Assembly: GCA_965223005.1 (NCBI GenBank)
Contig: CBDCVK010000008.1
Location: forward strand, 32,001-96,000
Direction: 5' to 3'
Length of the DNA stretch: 64,000 nt
Source of the DNA: Terriglobia bacterium
GTDB lineage: Bacteria > Acidobacteriota > Terriglobia > JAJPHL01 > JAPKYU01
Shown: positions 42,080 through 50,947 of the stretch, piece by piece
How the letters are laid out: every line of letters starts with the position of its first letter
How positions within the stretch are numbered: position 1 is the first letter of the stretch
Translations under genes and position numbers: made by a program
Notes under the pieces: generated by a model
What the model was told of the DNA's origin: nothing
What the model saw: the letters and a program-made list of their open reading frames with translations, nothing else
The model's database searches: none

Positions 42080-42967
42080 ATGGAAGTGCACAAGGTAGGT
42101 GTAGTGGGCTGTGGGCTGATGGGCTCAGGCATCGCTGAGGTCTGCGCCGCAGCCGGCTTCCCCACCACCGTCGTCGAAGTCTCGCAGGAATTGTGCGAGC
42201 GGGGTTTGCGCGCCATCGAGAAGCATCTGGCCCGCCAGGTGGAGAAGGGCTCGCTGGCGCCGGAACAACGCGACGCCATCCGCAGCCGGCTGCACGGCTC
42301 CACCGAGCTGGCTGCCCTTGCCGACTGCGACCTGGTCATTGAGGCCGTCACCGAAAACCTGCAGGCGAAGATGGAGACCTTCCGGCAGTTAGACAGCATC
42401 GTGAAGCGCCAGGCCATTTTTGCCAGCAACACCAGCTCGCTTTCGATCACTGAGCTAATGACGGTCACCTCACGGCCCGAGCGCTTCCTCGGCCTGCACT
42501 TCTTCAACCCTGTTCCAGTGATGAAGCCGGTGGAAGTGGCTCGCACCATTGCCACCGACCCGGCCGTGCTGGAAACGGTGGTGACTTTCGCCGAGCGCCT
42601 GGGGAAGACGGTGGTGCGCGTTCCCGACCGAGCCGGCTTCATCGTCAACCGGCTGCTGACCCCGTACCTGATGGAGGCTGTCCGCGCCTGCGAAGAAGGC
42701 TTGGCGACCGTCACCGACATTGACACCGCGATGAAGCTCGGCTGCGGCCACCCCATGGGTCCGCTGACCCTGCTGGATTTTGTCGGCCTCGATACCGCCT
42801 ACTCCATCTCACAGATCTTGTACGAGGAGTTCCACGAAAAGCGCTTTGCCGCCCCCGGCTTGCTCCGGCGCATGGTGCTGGCCGGCTGGCTGGGGCGCAA
42901 ATCGGGGCGCGGCTTCTACGACTACTCTGACCCGGCCACCCCGCGCCCCCTGGACTTGCTGCGCTGA
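42080..42967 (+). CDS. hbd: 3-hydroxybutyryl-CoA dehydrogenase
   Basis: GCGLMGSGIA, EAVTE, SNTSS, GLHFFNP, GFIVNR, HPMGP. Confidence 0.92.
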   Translation: MEVHKVGVVGCGLMGSGIAEVCAAAGFPTTVVEVSQELCERGLRAIEKHLARQVEKGSLAPEQRDAIRSRLHGSTELAALADCDLVIEAVTENLQAKMETFRQLDSIVKRQAIFASNTSSLSITELMTVTSRPERFLGLHFFNPVPVMKPVEVARTIATDPAVLETVVTFAERLGKTVVRVPDRAGFIVNRLLTPYLMEAVRACEEGLATVTDIDTAMKLGCGHPMGPLTLLDFVGLDTAYSISQILYEEFHEKRFAAPGLLRRMVLAGWLGRKSGRGFYDYSDPATPRPLDLLR

Positions 42968-43136
42968 ACGCCGCCGGAGAAATCGACGTACGACCGCTTC
43001 TTGGCGCCTTCGCCTCAGCACTTCCAATCATGCCGAGCCGAGACCGCCAGGGAGCCCTGTTTTCACATTCCCTGATTCCCAACCCCACTGCCAAGCGGAA
43101 ACCCGGCGTAGGATATGCAAGGAGGAGCAAGCAGCC

Positions 43137-43919
43137 ATGGCTTTCGAGAATCTGCTGGTGGAAACACGCCAGGGCATCGGCTACGTCACACTCAACCGGC
43201 CCCGCGTGCTGAATGCGCTCAACCGGGCCACGCTGCGCGAGTTGGGGGTGTGCTTTGAGCAACTGGCGCAGGATGAGCAGGTCGGCGCGGTCATTCTGAC
43301 CGGAGCAGGCCAGAAGGCGTTCGCCGCCGGCGCCGACATCAACGAGCTGGCCACCCAAAGCCCAGCCGAAGGCAAGGAGTTCGCGCTGGCCGGGCAGGCC
43401 GTGATGAACCGCATCGAGCACCTGGGTAAGCCGGTCATCGCTGCCGTCAATGGCCACGCGCTGGGCGGGGGCTGCGAGCTAGCCATGGCCTCGACGCTCC
43501 GCATTGCCTCCGAGACCGCGCGCCTGGGCCAGCCCGAGGTGAAGTTGGGCATCATTCCGGGCTACGGCGGAACTCAGCGGCTGGCGCGCCTCATCGGCGC
43601 GGGGCGCGCGCTCGAACTGGTGTTAACCGGAGAGCCAATCACCGCCCGGGAGGCGCTGCGCATCGGCTTGGTCAACGAGGTGGTGCCGCCTGCCGAACTG
43701 CTGCCGCGCTGCGAAGCCGTCGCCAGCCAGATCCTGGCCAACGGGCCGGTGGCCGTCCGCCTGGCGATGGAGGCTGTCCACCGCGGCCTGGGTATGAACT
43801 TGGCCGACGGACTCTTCCTGGAGGCCACACTGTTCGGACTCAGCTGCGCAACCGAAGACATGAAGGAGGGCACGCGCGCTTTTCTGGAAAAGCGCGCTCC
43901 GCGCTTCACCGGCCGATAG
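43137..43919 (+). CDS. crt: Enoyl-CoA hydratase (crotonase)
   Basis: AFAAGADI, ALGGGCE, QPEVKLG..PGYGGTQRL; RBS aaggagg. Confidence 0.9.
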   Translation: MAFENLLVETRQGIGYVTLNRPRVLNALNRATLRELGVCFEQLAQDEQVGAVILTGAGQKAFAAGADINELATQSPAEGKEFALAGQAVMNRIEHLGKPVIAAVNGHALGGGCELAMASTLRIASETARLGQPEVKLGIIPGYGGTQRLARLIGAGRALELVLTGEPITAREALRIGLVNEVVPPAELLPRCEAVASQILANGPVAVRLAMEAVHRGLGMNLADGLFLEATLFGLSCATEDMKEGTRAFLEKRAPRFTGR

Positions 43920-43948
43920 TACTCGTGCCGCAGGCACGCGTCCGGCCG

Positions 43949-43982
43949 GCTGGCCGGCAGGCATTCTTGCCTGCCGGCCAGC
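43949..43982. repeat. Perfect 15-bp stem-loop between crt and ribH
   Basis: gctggccggcaggca-ttct-tgcctgccggccagc; no U-tract. Confidence 0.7.
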
Positions 43983-43997
43983 AATGACTGCTAAGCT

Positions 43998-44483
43998 ATG
44001 GCCCAGGTCATGAAAAACTACGTTGGCGAACTGGACGGACGCGGCCTTCGGTTTGGGGTTGTGGTGAGCCGCTTCAACGCCTTCATCGGCGATCGGCTGC
44101 TGGCCGGCGCCCTGGATGCGTTGGAGCGCACCGGCGCCGACCCTGCGGTCATCGAGGTAGCCCGCGTCCCAGGCTCGTTTGAAATCCCGGTAACGGCTCG
44201 CCAGATGGCGGCCAGCAGCCACTATGACGCAGTCATCTGCCTGGGCTGCATCCTCCGTGGCGAAACGCCGCATTTCGAATACATCAGCAGCGAAGTGTCC
44301 CGCGGTATCGCGGCAGCCGCGTTGGCCACCGGCATCCCCATCATCTTCGGCGTGCTCACCTGCGACACCCTGGAGCAGGCGATTCACCGCGCTGGCGCCA
44401 AGTCCGGCAACAAAGGGTTCGAAACCGGGCTGGCGGCCGTCGAGACAGCCAATCTGCTAAAGCGCCTCCGGCAAACACCATGA
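43998..44483 (+). CDS. ribH: 6,7-dimethyl-8-ribityllumazine synthase
   Basis: VSRFN, VPGSFEIP, RGETPHF, AGAKSGNKG. Confidence 0.95.
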   Translation: MAQVMKNYVGELDGRGLRFGVVVSRFNAFIGDRLLAGALDALERTGADPAVIEVARVPGSFEIPVTARQMAASSHYDAVICLGCILRGETPHFEYISSEVSRGIAAAALATGIPIIFGVLTCDTLEQAIHRAGAKSGNKGFETGLAAVETANLLKRLRQTP

Positions 44484-44902
44484 GCATCCCTCGCAAGGCG
44501 CGGGAGGCGGTGCTCCGCATGCTGTTCCAGTGGGAACTCGGCAAGGAGGCTCCCGAGCGGGTCAAGCAGTCGTACTGGCAGCGCTCCAGAGCCGACTCGC
44601 CCGTGCGTGCTATCGCCAACGGCCTGTTCGACCAGGTGCTGGAACGGCGCGAAGCCATTGATCACATGCTCGACGCGCACGCCGAACACTGGCGCCTGGA
44701 ACGGATGTCGGCCGTGGACCGCAATATCTTGCGGCTGGCCGTGTGCGAATTCCTCACCCGCTCCGACGTCGCGCCGGCGGTCGCCATCAATGAGGCGCTG
44801 GAGATCGCACGCCGCTATTCCACCGACGAGTCGGTAGGGTTCATCAACGGCGTCCTCGACGCCATCCGGCGCGAGCTGAGCGGCGCGGCGCGCTCCTCTT
44901 AA
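44480..44902 (+). CDS. nusB: Transcription antitermination factor
   Basis: RKARE, WRLERMSAVDRNILR, AINEALE, FINGVLD; ribH-nusB synteny. Confidence 0.95.
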   Translation: MSIPRKAREAVLRMLFQWELGKEAPERVKQSYWQRSRADSPVRAIANGLFDQVLERREAIDHMLDAHAEHWRLERMSAVDRNILRLAVCEFLTRSDVAPAVAINEALEIARRYSTDESVGFINGVLDAIRRELSGAARSS

Positions 44903-45067
44903 CCAAATCTTCGCACCGGGTGTTTCGGAAGCCAGGGCGATTTCCAAGCGCACACCCGAAATCTCAATTAGCCGGGCTAGAGGTGGTCTTGCGTTGTTTC
45001 GAGAGAAACGACTGCTTAAAAACCCGCACCTCCCCCTTATGCTTAGGGCAGTCGAAAGGAGTGCGCC

Positions 45068-45766
45068 ATGATCCACGTGCGACCGGCGAATGAGCGTGGC
45101 CACACGAAACTGAGCTGGCTCGACAGCCGCCACACCTTTTCCTTTGACCAATATTACAACCCCAACTACATGGGGTTTCGGCACCTGCGCGTACTCAACG
45201 AAGACTGGGTCGCCCCCGGCCAAGGTTTCTCCACTCACCCACATCGCGATATGGAAATCCTGACCTACGTGCTGGCAGGCGCGCTGGAGCACCGCGACAG
45301 CATGGGGAACGGCTCGGCGATTCGTCCGGGCGAGCTGCAACTCATGAGCGCCGGCACCGGCATTACCCACAGCGAGTTCAACCACTCAGAACGCGAGCCG
45401 GTCCACTTGCTGCAAATCTGGATCCTGCCACGCGAGCGAGGCCTCACTCCCAGCTACGAGCAGCGAGCCACGCTCGCCGAAGAGAAGCGCGACCAACTAC
45501 GCTTGGTGGCCGCCGCCTACCCCTTGGAAGGCGCAGTGCGGATACATCAGGATGTAGAGCTGTACATTGCGCAAATGGAACCGGAGAAGCAGGCGACGCA
45601 TCCGCTGAAGCCGGGCCGTCACGCGTGGCTGCAGGTGGCGGGGGGCGCGGCCACGCTCAACGGTTCACGGCTCGACGCAGGCGACGGCGCGGCGGTGAGC
45701 GAGGAGCTCGTCTTGGAAATCAAGGCCACTGATCGCTCCGAAATTCTGTTGTTCGACCTAGCCTGA
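45068..45766 (+). CDS. Pirin family protein (YhhW-like)
   Basis: WLDSRHTFSF, GFSTHPHRDMEI, AGTGITHSE. Confidence 0.92.
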   Translation: MIHVRPANERGHTKLSWLDSRHTFSFDQYYNPNYMGFRHLRVLNEDWVAPGQGFSTHPHRDMEILTYVLAGALEHRDSMGNGSAIRPGELQLMSAGTGITHSEFNHSEREPVHLLQIWILPRERGLTPSYEQRATLAEEKRDQLRLVAAAYPLEGAVRIHQDVELYIAQMEPEKQATHPLKPGRHAWLQVAGGAATLNGSRLDAGDGAAVSEELVLEIKATDRSEILLFDLA

Positions 45767-45920
45767 CGCCACCTGCGAGAGCGGAGCAATGGCCGTCCTC
45801 TGGCGCCCTGAAGAAGTGCTAGACAGGTTGCTTTCCGGGATGCAAAATCCAAAGATGCTAGATACATCCCGAATGAGTCCTATTCGCAGTTGCAGGACTT
45901 GACGCTTGAGGAGGATGTCG

Positions 45921-48900
45921 ATGACCCTGAAAGCCCTGAGCACCTCTCTGATCATCGCACTTATGCTGGCCGTGACGGCGCGAGCAGAGGTGAGCTTCAA
46001 TCGCGACGTCCGCCCAATCATGTCGGATACCTGCTTCCGTTGTCACGGTCCTGACGAGAATGCCCGAATGGCGGGTCTGCGGCTTGACATCCGGAAAGAA
46101 GCTCTGGGGCCTACCAAGTCCGGCCACATTCCTATTGTTCCCGGCAAGCCGGAAGCGAGCGAGATTGTCAAACGCATCTTTTCGGATGACCCCAGGGTCA
46201 TGATGCCACCGGCTTTCGCCGACAAGGAACTGACCGAGAGCCAGAAGGAAACCCTTCGGCAGTGGGTAGCCGAGGGCGCCAAATACGAGGGGCATTGGAG
46301 CTTCCAGCCCGTCCAGCGGCCGGCAGTGCCGGCGGTTGCGGGAAGAGGAGCCGCCATTCGCAATCCGATCGATGCGTTCATTCAGAATCGTCTGGCGAAG
46401 GAGGGATTGCAGCCGTCTCCCGAGGCGGATCGGCGGACGCTGATTCGGCGGGTCGCGCTAGACCTCACAGGTCTGCCGCCCACGCCTGCAGAGGTGGAAG
46501 CGTTCCTCAAAAACACTTCGCCCGGTGCCTACGAAAAGCTGGTTGAGGGACTGCTGGCTTCTCCGCGCTTTGCAGAAAAGCAGGCGATGCACTGGCTCGA
46601 CGCGGTACGCTATGCGGACACGCGCGGGTTCCATGGAGACAACGACCAGCCGGCGTGGCCCTATCGGGACTACGTGTTGCGGGCGTTTCTCGACAACAAG
46701 CCGTTCGACGAATTCACGCGGGAGCAGATTGCCGGGGATCTCTTGCCGGATGCCACCGTGCAGCAGCGAGTTGCCTCGGCATATAACCGCATCCTTCGCA
46801 CCTCACGGGAGGGCGGCCTCCAGGAAAAGGAGTACCTGGCCAAGTATGCCTCCGACCGCGTGCGGACAACGTCCAGCGTCTGGCTCGGTCTGACAATGGG
46901 CTGCGCGGAGTGCCACGACCACAAATTCGATCCGGTGAAGACGAAGGACTTCTATTCGATGAAGGCCTTCTTCGCCGACATCAAAGAGAAAGGCCTTCTA
47001 CCCGGTTCTGGCCCGGAAGCCTGGATTGCAACCCTGTCGTTGCCAACCCCAAAGCAGCGCACGCGATTAGCGGAACTGAATGAAGCGGTCGAGGCGGCCG
47101 AGCAAGCGCTCGAGGAGAAGACGGCGAGCCTAGCATCACAGCAGGCAGGATGGGAACGGCAACTGTTAGCTGACTTTGAAGCAGGCCGGCTAGAGTGGCT
47201 CTATCAGCGACCCTTCTCGGCTAGCTCCAGCAATGGCGCGCACCTCACCATCTACGAAGACGAGCTCGTCGAACGCACCTTCCATGTCGACGCGAAGGCG
47301 ACACTGGTAACACAACGAGAGCCCGGAAATGGTCTGGTCGTGGTCAGCGGACCGAATCCGGACAACGAGACTTACACGATCAGCTTGAAGCCAGAGCCCG
47401 GAACATGGACGGCCCTCGGGGTGCAGGCAATCCAGGATGAAAGTCTGCCTGGCAAGCGGCTGGGGCGAGGCGCGGATCGCTTAATGCTGACCGAGGTCGA
47501 GGCTGTGTTGTCGGCCAATGGGAAGACGCCAGAGCAGAACCTCTCGTTCGTTCTGGCGACCACCCGCGGATCTAGAGGACCCCTGGAGCAGCCGCCAATG
47601 GCCGCCATTGACGGCGACCCGGCCAGCGGTTGGGCTGGCGATCGGGGAAGTCCAGTCGACGAGGGTCGGAGCCCGTTTCTCGCGCTCCGTTTCGCTGAGC
47701 CTGTCAAGACGGACGCAACCTCGGTGATCACGGTCCGTCTCCGGCACGATTCCTCGCTTCGCCGTGCGACGATCGGCCGGCTGCGCTTTGCGCTCTCCTC
47801 CGGCCGGTACTCCTGGCCGCTGGATGATTCAGATACCGCAGCCGCAGACGATGACCTGGAAGTTGGCGAGCAGCGCTCCAGTAAAGGTGGCGCGGGTGAT
47901 GGTATGCCCAGCGAGGTGCTGGAGGCCCTCAAAGTCGCCCGGGAAGCCAGGTGCGAAAACCATCTCGAGGCCCTCAAGGAGCATTTCCAATGGTCTTCTA
48001 CCGGGCTGCAGCCGCTTTTTGTCCAGTTGGAACGTTTGAAAGCTGCCCGGGCTTTGCTGGAAACTGAGATTCCCACGGTGATGGTTACCGAAGCGACCAA
48101 ACCACGGAAAACCCGCGTTCTCCCACGGGCGAACTGGATGGATGAGTCGGGCGAGATTGTACAACCCGCGATTCCCGGGTTCCTCGGTCAAATGGAAACC
48201 AACGGCCGAGCGAATCGTCTGGATCTGGCAAACTGGATTGGCTCCCGTAAGAACCCACTGACTGCACGGGCGTTCCAAAATCGCCTATGGCGACAGTTCT
48301 TCGGCACGGGGCTGTCCAAGGTGCTCGACGATCTGGGCTCGCAGGGCGAGTGGCCAACACACCTCGAGCTGCTCGACTGGCTTGCCGCCGAGTTCATGGA
48401 GCCGAGCTGGAGGGCAGAGGGCACACACCCCTGGGATGTGAAACACATTATCCGGACGATTGTTACGAGCCACACCTATCGTCAGTCCTCCATGAGCAGC
48501 CCGCAATTCGACGAGCGCGACCCAGGCAACAGGTTCCTGGCGCGCCAGAGCCGGTTCCGCGTAGATGCGGAAGTCGTCCGCGACGTCGCGCTGGCTGTTT
48601 CCGGTTTGTTGGTCGAAAAGTTCGGCGGCCCGAGCGTCCGGCCGTATCAACCGGAAGGCTACCTGGCGGCGATGAATTTTCCCATGCGCGCATACTCGGA
48701 AAGCCGAGGCGAAAACATGTACCGTCGAGGCGTCTATACTCATTGGCAGCGGACGTTCTTGCATCCCAGCTTGTTGACCTTTGATGCGCCTTCGCGTGAG
48801 GAGTGCACGGTGAACCGGATGAGTTCCAACACGCCGTTGCAGGCACTGATCCTCCTGAATGATCCGGTCTTCGTCGAAGCCGCGCGGGTGTTTGCGCAGA

Positions 48901-49178
48901 ACACCCTGAAGAAAGGAGGTCCCACGCTCGATGCGCGCATCGACTGGGCTTTCCTGCAGGCCCTCAGCCGGAAGCCGACCCCTGACGAGCGAAAAATCCT
49001 CGCCGACCTGCACCAGAAGAGCCTTGCGGAGTTTGCTGCGCAGCCGCAGAAGGCGCGAGAATTTGTTCGTGTGGGGGAATCGCCGCTGGCGACGGATGTA
49101 AGACCAACCGACCTGGCGGCGATGACAACCGTGGCGCGGGCGATCCTGAACCTCCATGAGACCATTACGAGGAACTAG
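45921..49178 (+). CDS. PSD1/planctomycete cytochrome c protein (DUF1549+DUF1553) with central insertion
   Basis: CFRCHGPD, NPIDAF, CAECHDHKFD, NPLTAR, PTHLELLD; RBS gaggagg. Confidence 0.9.
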   Translation: MTLKALSTSLIIALMLAVTARAEVSFNRDVRPIMSDTCFRCHGPDENARMAGLRLDIRKEALGPTKSGHIPIVPGKPEASEIVKRIFSDDPRVMMPPAFADKELTESQKETLRQWVAEGAKYEGHWSFQPVQRPAVPAVAGRGAAIRNPIDAFIQNRLAKEGLQPSPEADRRTLIRRVALDLTGLPPTPAEVEAFLKNTSPGAYEKLVEGLLASPRFAEKQAMHWLDAVRYADTRGFHGDNDQPAWPYRDYVLRAFLDNKPFDEFTREQIAGDLLPDATVQQRVASAYNRILRTSREGGLQEKEYLAKYASDRVRTTSSVWLGLTMGCAECHDHKFDPVKTKDFYSMKAFFADIKEKGLLPGSGPEAWIATLSLPTPKQRTRLAELNEAVEAAEQALEEKTASLASQQAGWERQLLADFEAGRLEWLYQRPFSASSSNGAHLTIYEDELVERTFHVDAKATLVTQREPGNGLVVVSGPNPDNETYTISLKPEPGTWTALGVQAIQDESLPGKRLGRGADRLMLTEVEAVLSANGKTPEQNLSFVLATTRGSRGPLEQPPMAAIDGDPASGWAGDRGSPVDEGRSPFLALRFAEPVKTDATSVITVRLRHDSSLRRATIGRLRFALSSGRYSWPLDDSDTAAADDDLEVGEQRSSKGGAGDGMPSEVLEALKVAREARCENHLEALKEHFQWSSTGLQPLFVQLERLKAARALLETEIPTVMVTEATKPRKTRVLPRANWMDESGEIVQPAIPGFLGQMETNGRANRLDLANWIGSRKNPLTARAFQNRLWRQFFGTGLSKVLDDLGSQGEWPTHLELLDWLAAEFMEPSWRAEGTHPWDVKHIIRTIVTSHTYRQSSMSSPQFDERDPGNRFLARQSRFRVDAEVVRDVALAVSGLLVEKFGGPSVRPYQPEGYLAAMNFPMRAYSESRGENMYRRGVYTHWQRTFLHPSLLTFDAPSREECTVNRMSSNTPLQALILLNDPVFVEAARVFAQNTLKKGGPTLDARIDWAFLQALSRKPTPDERKILADLHQKSLAEFAAQPQKAREFVRVGESPLATDVRPTDLAAMTTVARAILNLHETITRN

Positions 49179-49188
49179 GGAGACTCCG

Positions 49189-50625
49189 ATGGACCCAGAA
49201 TCATTGGCGTTGCAGATTCACCGGCGGACGTTCCTGCGCTACGGCATTTCAGGACTGGGCCTGGTGGCGTTGAATTCATTACTCGATGCGAGGCTGTTGG
49301 CTTCGGAAACGGCCCTGGGAACCCAGGGGTCGCAAGGAGTTGTGGACCCGCTACATCATCCGGCGAAAGCCAAGCGCGTTATCTTTCTTTATCAGGCGGG
49401 CGGACCATCGCACCTCGAGACCTTCGATTACAAGCCAAAGCTCGCCGAAATGAACAGCAAACCAATGCCCGAGTCCTTCACCAAGGGTCAACAGCTGGCC
49501 CAGCTGCAAGGCCAGCCGCTGGTTTGCTTTGGACCGCAGCACGAGTTCAACAGGTTCGGCAAATCGGGACTCGAGATCTGCGGGTTGTTTCCACACATCG
49601 GCAGCGTCGCAGATGATGTTTGCATTATTCGCTCGATGTGGACGGAACAGATTAACCACGATCCGGCCCATACCTTGATGAACACTGGAGCGATCGTCGC
49701 GGGCCGGCCGAGCATGGGATCATGGTTGTTGTATGGGCTCGGGTCGGAAGCCAACGATTTGCCGGGTTTCGTGGTACTGGCCTCAAAGGGTAAGGGTGGG
49801 CAGATGCAGCCGATTGCGGCACGGCAATGGGCCTCCGGATTCCTGCCCGGCAAATTCCAGGGTGTAAAGTTCAACTCCATCGGGGACCCCGTACTATACA
49901 TCCAGAACCCGCAGGGCTTGAATGCCAGCATCCAGCACGCTTCGGTGCAGGCGATTCAGGCCATCAACAAGATCCAACACGAAGCGCGGCGGGATCCGGA
50001 GGTTCTTACGCGGATTTCGCAGTATGAGATGGCATTCAAGATGCAGACTAGCGTGCCCGACCTCATGGACATGAGCAAGGAGCCACCCCATATCCTGGAC
50101 ATGTATGGCGCCAAGCCAGGGGATGGCTCTTTTGCGTCCAATTGCATGCTGGCGCGGCGCCTGGCGGAGCGCGGCGTGAGGTTTATCCAGCTCTATCACC
50201 GGGACTGGGACCACCATGGCGCGGTTAAAGACAACGTTGCCATCAAGGCGCAGGAAACGGACCAGGCTACTGCCGCGCTGATCAAGGATTTGAAGCAGCG
50301 AGGCATGTTTGAGGATACGTTGGTCGTTTGGGGAGGCGAGTTTGGTCGGACACCCATGTCCCAGGGTGACAACGGACGCGACCATCACATCAAGGGCTTC
50401 TCGTTCATGCTGGCGGGTGGTGGGATTAAGGGCGGCATCACGTACGGAGCCACGGACGAGCTGGGCTATGCGGCGGTGGAAAAACCCGTGAGCGTCCACG
50501 ACTTCCACGCCACCATGCTGCACCTACTGGGGATCGATCACCTGCGCATGACGGTCAAGTTCCAGGGCTTGGACGCACGGCTGACGGGGGTTTCTGGTGA
50601 GGTCCTGAAGGAAATTCTGGCTTAG
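49189..50625 (+). CDS. DUF1501 family protein (Tat-exported)
   Basis: HRRTFL, GGPSHLETFD.KP, WDHH, GEFGRTP, GRDH. Confidence 0.9.
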   Translation: MDPESLALQIHRRTFLRYGISGLGLVALNSLLDARLLASETALGTQGSQGVVDPLHHPAKAKRVIFLYQAGGPSHLETFDYKPKLAEMNSKPMPESFTKGQQLAQLQGQPLVCFGPQHEFNRFGKSGLEICGLFPHIGSVADDVCIIRSMWTEQINHDPAHTLMNTGAIVAGRPSMGSWLLYGLGSEANDLPGFVVLASKGKGGQMQPIAARQWASGFLPGKFQGVKFNSIGDPVLYIQNPQGLNASIQHASVQAIQAINKIQHEARRDPEVLTRISQYEMAFKMQTSVPDLMDMSKEPPHILDMYGAKPGDGSFASNCMLARRLAERGVRFIQLYHRDWDHHGAVKDNVAIKAQETDQATAALIKDLKQRGMFEDTLVVWGGEFGRTPMSQGDNGRDHHIKGFSFMLAGGGIKGGITYGATDELGYAAVEKPVSVHDFHATMLHLLGIDHLRMTVKFQGLDARLTGVSGEVLKEILA

Positions 50626-50699
50626 TCGGGCCAGCCATATACCTCAATCTCAAAGGGCAGAGCCAATACTGCTTTGCAATTCCATTGGACAGAAGGTCC

Positions 50700-50729
50700 T
50701 TGACAGCGGTAGAAGCCCTAAGGGAAAAT
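50700..50729 (+). promoter_or_regulatory. Sigma70-like promoter of the leader/sulfite reductase unit
   Basis: TTGACA (50700-50705), 18 nt, GAAAAT (50724-50729); predicted start site falls at about the leader ATG 50736. Confidence 0.6.
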
Positions 50730-50735
50730 CACTTC

Positions 50736-50834
50736 ATGGTGCAGTTCGGCCGGAGAGAGTTAAGGCTTTGTTGCCCGACGCCGGGATGTTGTTGCCCGTG
50801 CGGGCGGCTCTCCGGCGGACGGTTCGTGTCGTAG
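50736..50834 (+). CDS. Cys-rich leader peptide (32 aa), candidate attenuator peptide
   Basis: MVQFGRRELRLCCPTPGCCCPCGRLSGGRFVS*; Cys codons at 50769, 50772, 50787, 50790, 50793 and 50799. Confidence 0.8.
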   Translation: MVQFGRRELRLCCPTPGCCCPCGRLSGGRFVS

Positions 50835-50862
50835 CTTGTAGCCTAAGTTATCATCCAGACTG

Positions 50863-50905
50863 ACCCGCCGTCGAGAGATCGGGCCTCTCGGGCGGGTTTT
50901 TCGTT
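50863..50905 (+). terminator. Intrinsic terminator (attenuator 3:4 hairpin) upstream of the sulfite reductase
   Basis: acccgcc-gt-cgagag / ctctcg-ggcgggt followed by ttttcgtt; lies in the 5' leader, not after a gene. Confidence 0.8.
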
Positions 50906-50947
50906 CCGCGCGATCGAGCTGAGCGGAAGCAGACGGGGTACGGAATC

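Noticed and set aside
50845-50905. SAM-I riboswitch upstream of the reductase (ttatc...)
   Set aside because: No full SAM-I core; the pairings are better explained by the Cys leader attenuator.
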